A stretch of 64,000 nucleotides of DNA, taken from NCBI GenBank assembly GCA_965240325.2, contig OZ251237.1:744001-808000 (forward strand). Direction: 5' to 3'. Each line of letters begins with the position of its first letter. The first letter of the stretch is position 1. The DNA is from Rebecca billardiae RCC1528 (taxonomy: Eukaryota > Protista > Haptophyta). The notes under the pieces are model-generated. The model ran no database searches. It had not been told where the DNA came from and saw only the letters and a list, made by a program, of their open reading frames with translations. Below are positions 58,867 to 64,000 of the stretch, one piece after another. Made by a program: the position numbers and the translations under genes.

Positions 58867-59534
58867 TTACTTCTTCAGCTCACGCAGCCGCTTCTTGCAA
58901 GAGTCCTTGTCCTTGCCGCCACCAACATCCGTCGCGATTGCGACCCAGCGCGACGGCGTGCCGTCCGGGTGCTTCTCCGCCGCCTTTTTTAGCGCCGCGT
59001 CCTCCTTGGCGCTCCAGTTCGAGCCGCCGGGCGTAAGCGCGGGCGATTTGGCGCCCGGCGTCGCCTGCGCGGGCGTCTTGGGCGCCGGCGTCGACGCCTT
59101 CGGCGTGAGCTTCGCCTTCTTCGCTGCCGAGCCGGGCTGCGCGGCGGGCTTGGCGGGCGTGCCACGCTTCTGCGGGACCATCGGCTCGTCGTCGCCGTCG
59201 TCGTCCGAGTCCTCCTCGCCCTCGTCGTCGTCGTCCTCATCCTGCGCGCACGCGGACACGGCGGAGGCACGCGGGCGGGGCAGCGGCGGCGTGAGCACGG
59301 CGAGCACAGCGCGCGGGGCGGGGTGCAGTGCGACGCGACGCAGCCGCAGGCCGAGGCTGATGCGCGTGCGCGGGCCAGGTGAGAGTGGATTTCCTTTTTG
59401 GCAGGTGCAGCAGCAGTGGGGTTGGGCTGGGCCTCTGCGGCCGCGGGCTTGCGGCTCACATCATCGTCGTCGTCGTCGTCGTCGTCGTCGCCCAGCTCCT
59501 GGAAGCGGTCCTTGTTGCGCCGTGCGGCGGCAGG

Positions 59535-59571
<37 letters not shown>

Positions 59572-59751
59572 TCGTCATCGTCGTCGTCGTCGAGCTCGTC
59601 GTCCATGTCATCGTCATCGTCGTCATCGTCATCGTCGTACTCGTCGTCGTCGTCGTCGTCATCGTCGTCGTCGTCGGCCCCCGGCTTTCCATTGCCAAGC
59701 ATCTGCCTGCCGCGCGGCACGAGCTTTTGTCCCGGCCCATCCTCGTCGTCG

Positions 59752-59783
<32 letters not shown>

Positions 59784-60533
59784 GTCATCCATGCCGCCGC
59801 CGTGCCGCATCATCGGCCCCTCGTCATCGTCGTCCTCGTCGTCGCTGTACTCGTCGTACTCGTCGAGGAAGCCCACGAGGTGCACGGGGCAGACACCTGT
59901 GACCGAGAAGAAGACCTGCTCCTGCGGCGCGAACACCAGGTCCAGAGGCCACTGCTCGTTGCGGCCCGCGGTGAGGCGGCACACGGTGTACTTCTTAGGC
60001 GTCTTGCCAACGCTCACCTCGATCGTGCACGAGCCGGTGAGCTTGTCCGCGGTCGACGCCATCGCAGCCTGCGGCGGGCGCGGCGCGCGGGCGGGTGTGT
60101 GCGTGAGAGGTGTGCACGCGTGGCAGCCGCCGCCGAAGCTGGGGTCGTCCGCACAGGCGCTAGCACTGAGGCTGCGCAGCTTGCCACCCACGGCCACGCG
60201 CATGTGCGCTCGCGTGCGTGCGCGACGCGCACGCGACACAGGCCCCAGGTGCACATGCGGCCGCGCACCTGCTTGATGACGAGAGGCTGGTCATCGGAGT
60301 CGACCCTGACCGGCTTGGCGCCGGGCTTCAGCTCGCAACCTGCCACCACACAGAGCATGCGCCGCAGCCCGGCCCAGGGCACGCACAGTGAGCACAGGCG
60401 CAAGCGCGCGGAGCGCAGCTGCGGGGTAGCCAGCGGCGAGGGTGCGCGGAACACCACCGATGGGCGTGGCGATGCGCTGTGCGGGCGAGATCGCATGGCG
60501 CTGCATGCGCCGGCGCGCACCCCAGAAGGTCAT
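58867..60533 (-). CDS. Nucleoplasmin-like (NPL) histone chaperone with long acidic tract and C-terminal SANT/Myb-like domain; introns 60340-60520, 60069-60268 and one ending at 59242
   Basis: Spliced N-terminus MTFWGCELKPG...LVIKQAAM...VCRL...EQWPLDLVF...F..TG..PVHLVG has the NPL-fold signature. Poly-Asp follows, then WSAKED.AL..A......RW.AIA..VG.GK....CK.R. Confidence 0.85.
59461..59850. repeat. (GAC/GAT)n tracts encoding poly-Asp
   Basis: Long TCG/TCA runs on the + strand. Confidence 0.95.
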
Positions 60534-60747
60534 GTTGGCGACGCCGACGGTCGGACGCAGCGGGACCGCGTGACCAAGCTGCGTGTTTCCGGCAAGGTCG
60601 GGACGTCGTGCCTGACGCCCGCCCAGCTTCGGAAATAAAGCATGGCGGGCTGGCGGCCTGCTTCCGGTTGGCCACGAGGCTTCCCTGCCAGGACCGCCCG
60701 GTGGAGCGTGGCCGCAAATGAGATTCCGATTCGCGTCAGCTTGAGCG

Positions 60748-61314
60748 ATGTCTGCTCCACCAGAGACTGCAGCGCCCGCCGCGGCGGGCGAGGCGGGAGA
60801 GAAGAAGGAGATCAATATGATGGAGATGAAGTCGACCGTGCAGAAGCTGCCCCTTCTCAAGGTCAAGGCCGGCCCGCGCGACGGCGAGGCGTGGGTTGAG
60901 CGGCTCAAGGAGGAGTACATGGCGCTGATCGCGTACCAAAAGATGAACAAGGAGGCGGGGAACGACTGGTTCACGATCGAGTCGAACAAGACGGGCACGA
61001 AGTGGACGGGCAAGGTCTGGTTCGTGCACAACCTGCTGAGGTACGAGTTCGACCTCGAGTTCGAGCTGCCCGTCACCTACCCGGCCGTGCCGCCCGAGCT
61101 GGCACTTCCGGAGGTGGATGGCAAGACAGAGAAGATGTACCGAGGCGGCAAGATCTGCCTCGACTCACACTTCCGGCCGTTGTGGGCGCGCAACGTGCCC
61201 CACTTTGGGCTGGCACACGCCATGGCTCTCGGCATGGCCCCGTGGCTCGCGGCAGAGGTGCCACACCTTGTCGCGGCCGGGCGCATAACACACGTGGAGG
61301 GCTCGAAGAAGTGA
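60748..61314 (+). CDS. UFC1: Ubiquitin-fold modifier-conjugating enzyme 1
   Basis: AGPRD..W..RLKEEY.ALI.Y...NK...NDWF..ESN..GT.W.G..W...YEFD...[38 protein letters not shown]. Confidence 0.97.
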   Translation: MSAPPETAAPAAAGEAGEKKEINMMEMKSTVQKLPLLKVKAGPRDGEAWVERLKEEYMALIAYQKMNKEAGNDWFTIESNKTGTKWTGKVWFVHNLLRYEFDLEFELPVTYPAVPPELALPEVDGKTEKMYRGGKICLDSHFRPLWARNVPHFGLAHAMALGMAPWLAAEVPHLVAAGRITHVEGSKK

Positions 61315-61909
61315 GCAGGGCTTCCGCGGAGCGTCGTTGGCACCCGGCGGCAGGCGCACGTGCTGCACCTCGACGACCCTTTGCACGACGTCGGCCGTTG
61401 CGAGCCGACAGGGCCAGTCGTCGCCGACTGCGTGTGCTGGGCGCGAATGCACCGGGTCTTTCGGCTACGGTTCCCGGAAGTTGGCCGCCTGTCAGGTCGC
61501 TTGGCACATGAAGCATCATGTGGCACCGCACCAGCTCTCACGATGATGTCAGCAGTCAGTTACAGTGTCCCGAGTCGGGATGCCATGGGCGTAGTTGCCA
61601 TGTATTTATGCGCGACAATTTAGTGCATGCAGCGCAGTATCATCAGCAGCAGCATAAACGACAGAAACGTAGAGCCGAGTGCGAAGTACTCCCGGTCCTA
61701 GCACTAGTAGCAGTGTGACAGCGGGTAGCAGTCGGACGGACTTTGCACTCAGACTCAGTACAGTAGTATATAGTTTATTACTACTCACTCACTGCAAGTA
61801 GTAGTGTAACGGTCACTTATATTATGCTGCCATATATGGCAGCAGTAACGGTCATGTGGCAGTAACGGTCGTCACGCCGATCGAAGCAGACAGTCGATCA
61901 GGCTCAGCC

Positions 61910-64000
61910 TCAGGCTGCCAACGAGCGTGACGCACGCGTGGTCGCGCGCCACACGACGAATCGGCCGTGGTCCACTTGCGTTGCCGCCACGCGCTCGAAG
62001 CGCGGGCGCGCGCGCGCGAGCAGCAGCCCCACGGGCGTCTGCTCCTGCGCCACGATCCACAGCGTGCCGCCGCGCCGCAGCCGGCGCGGCGCGCCTCGGA
62101 TCAGCTCGCGCAGTACGGACAGGTCGGAGGGCCGGCCGCGGTGCACGGGCGGGTTGGAGACGATCCAGGCGTACCGCCGCGCGCGCATCGCGCGCGCCGG
62201 CCAGCCGTCAGAGAGGTATGCCTTGGTCGCCCCCGGCACGTTGGCGCACGCGGCGTCGAGAGCAAGCGCGTCCGCATCGAGCAGGTCCACGCGCGCGCGT
62301 GGCGCGCGCGCGCGCAGCGCGCTCGCGATCGCGCCCGTGCCGCAGGCAAAGTCGAGGAAGGGGCCGTGCGGGGGCGGCGGCGGCAGCACGCGCAGCAGGG
62401 CGGTCGTCATGCTGTCCGCCACGCCCGCGTTGAACAGGCCGGGGTATGTGCACCACCCGCGCGGCGGCCCCGGCGCGGCGGCATGCGCCGCGCTCTCCTG
62501 ATGCCACTGCGCCCAATGGCTGTGCGACTGGCTCAGCCGTGCCAGCGCCTCCGAGCGCGGCGGCGCCCGGTGGGACACGACGGCGTGGAAGATCGCCACC
62601 TCGTCGCCCGGCCGCGAGAGCGCCCTGGCCGTGCCGAACATGCCCGTCGACTCGAGCGCTGCCGCGCACGCCATCGCGCCCTCGTCCACGCGACCCGCCA
62701 CCCAGACGGCCGCGCCCGGCGGCAGCACAGACGCCGCGGCGTGCAGCAGCAGCCGCGCGGCGTCGCCGCTTGCATACCACGGCCAGCGGAGCACGCACGC
62801 GGAGAGGGGCGGCGAGGCGGCGCGCAGCTCGGGCGCGGGCCACGCGCTCGCGCTCTCCGCCGCCGCCCCGTCCGCGACGAAGCGATTCCAGCGGCGCACG
62901 CTCAGCCCAGCCGCCGAGAGCGTGCCGTGCAGGCAGAGTGCATCTGCTCCGGGCCGCGCCGCGCCGGATCCGTCCGAAGCCGACGCGAGCCCCGAGCTTG
63001 AGAGCGCGTCGTGCGAGTCGTGCGCGCGGCGGCGCGTGGACTCGTGCGCGCGTCGGCGCGTGGAGTCGTCGATGAGGAGCACTGCTGAGCCGGGCGCGAG
63101 CACGCCCTGCCACGGCGAGAGCGCCGCGAGCGCTTCGGCGGGCGTGCGGTTCACGCGCGCCGCGCGCGCGCTCTCAGCCGTCGCCGCGCGCGCCGTGCGC
63201 CTCGCGAGCGCCGCAAGTTGCGCCGTCTCAGCGGCGGGCGCGCACCAACCGCCGGTGGCGGGCGCGCACCAACCGCCGGTGGCGGGCGCGCACCAACCGC
63301 CGGTGGCGGGCGCGCACCAACCGCCGGTGGCGGGCGCGCACCAACCGCCGGTGGCGGGCGCGCACCAACTGCCGGTGGCGGGCGCGCACCAACTGCCGGT
63401 GGCGAGGCTGGCCGGGGGCCCGTTGGCCGCGTGCGCGGCAGGCTCGGCGGCGCCGCCCTCGCCCGGCGCGGGCTGCGTGAGCTGCAGCGCGAGCTGGATG
63501 TGCGCCGCCGACTTGGGCGACGCGTGCGCGCACACCTCCGACAATCTGGACAGCAGCGCCGCTCTGAGAGCGCTCACCTGTGCGCGCGCAAGCGCGTCCC
63601 GTACCCACGGCTTGCACAGGGCCGCGCACGCGACGCCGAGGCGCTGGCTGCCCATGCGCCCGATCGCGCTCAGCGCGCGCGGTGCGCACAGCCACGGCGC
63701 GAGCGTGCGCGCCAGCTCGGCGTCGCGCACGCGCGCGACCGCGCCGAACACGTCGGCGGCAATGGCTGTGCCCGCCGCCGTGGCGGGTGCGTCTGTGGTC
63801 ACTGGCGCGGTGCCGCGCTCCGCGAGGTCCGGCGCGCACACCGCCGAGCCGAGCGCGCGCGCGGTGCTGAGGAGCGGCGACGGCTCGTCGCCGCCGTCGG
63901 GGAGCCAGCGCGAGACGGCCCAGAGCAGCCGTGCCGCGCTCGAGCCGTCGAGCTCCGGCTTGGCGCTCGACACCGCCGCCTGCACGGCCTCCGCCAGGCC
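61910..64000 (-). CDS. RsmC/MTS-like class I SAM-dependent methyltransferase with N-terminal extension (5' end beyond window)
   Basis: Motifs YPGLF...D..T..LL, FLDFACGTGAI, LLDADALAL, SDG, WIVSNPPVHRG and GGTLWIVA. Confidence 0.8.
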   Translation of the reverse strand, partial: GLAEAVQAAVSSAKPELDGSSAARLLWAVSRWLPDGGDEPSPLLSTARALGSAVCAPDLAERGTAPVTTDAPATAAGTAIAADVFGAVARVRDAELARTLAPWLCAPRALSAIGRMGSQRLGVACAALCKPWVRDALARAQVSALRAALLSRLSEVCAHASPKSAAHIQLALQLTQPAPGEGGAAEPAAHAANGPPASLATGSWCAPATGSWCAPATGGWCAPATGGWCAPATGGWCAPATGGWCAPATGGWCAPAAETAQLAALARRTARAATAESARAARVNRTPAEALAALSPWQGVLAPGSAVLLIDDSTRRRAHESTRRRAHDSHDALSSSGLASASDGSGAARPGADALCLHGTLSAAGLSVRRWNRFVADGAAAESASAWPAPELRAASPPLSACVLRWPWYASGDAARLLLHAAASVLPPGAAVWVAGRVDEGAMACAAALESTGMFGTARALSRPGDEVAIFHAVVSHRAPPRSEALARLSQSHSHWAQWHQESAAHAAAPGPPRGWCTYPGLFNAGVADSMTTALLRVLPPPPPHGPFLDFACGTGAIASALRARAPRARVDLLDADALALDAACANVPGATKAYLSDGWPARAMRARRYAWIVSNPPVHRGRPSDLSVLRELIRGAPRRLRRGGTLWIVAQEQTPVGLLLARARPRFERVAATQVDHGRFVVWRATTRASRSLAA
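63233..63404. repeat. 24-bp coding minisatellite x7 (WCAPATGG/S)
   Basis: GGCGGGCGCGCACCAACCGCCGGT repeated seven times; the last two copies carry a C>T change. Confidence 0.95.

Overview
Very GC-rich, gene-dense eukaryotic DNA with short (~100-200 nt) GC-rich GT-AG introns (donor usually GTGCGC). It is most consistent with a haptophyte alga, possibly Pavlovales-like (inference from composition, intron style and gene set). About 22 genes are supported: an MFS transporter, sulfotransferases, a Cj0069-like ATP-grasp protein, WDR27, an EF-hand protein, GDP-fucose synthase, GDP-mannose 4,6-dehydratase, a mitochondrial carrier, RPS26, an ankyrin protein, Mpv17/PMP22, a BRAWNIN-like peptide, an SPFH protein, a PHD/Tudor chromatin protein, an SGNH/TBL-like protein, UGPase, a nucleoplasmin-SANT protein, UFC1 and an RsmC-like methyltransferase. 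Many are arranged as tight head-to-head pairs. Highlights: (1) a candidate sulfated-fucan biosynthetic cluster at 12.9-22.9 kb, where both de novo GDP-L-fucose enzymes share a 157-bp divergent promoter next to a spliced ~1842-aa secretory-pathway protein fusing sulfotransferase, GT77, GT-A-like and fucosyltransferase-like domains; (2) two receptor-like proteins coupling nucleoside-binding-type domains through membrane segments to a HET/TIR-like domain; (3) several non-autonomous mobile elements, most just upstream of genes: two ~1.1-kb foldback elements with TSDs, two TA-flanked MITEs, and a direct-repeat element carrying an array of covarying hairpins. All family calls come from motif recognition by eye; no searches were run.
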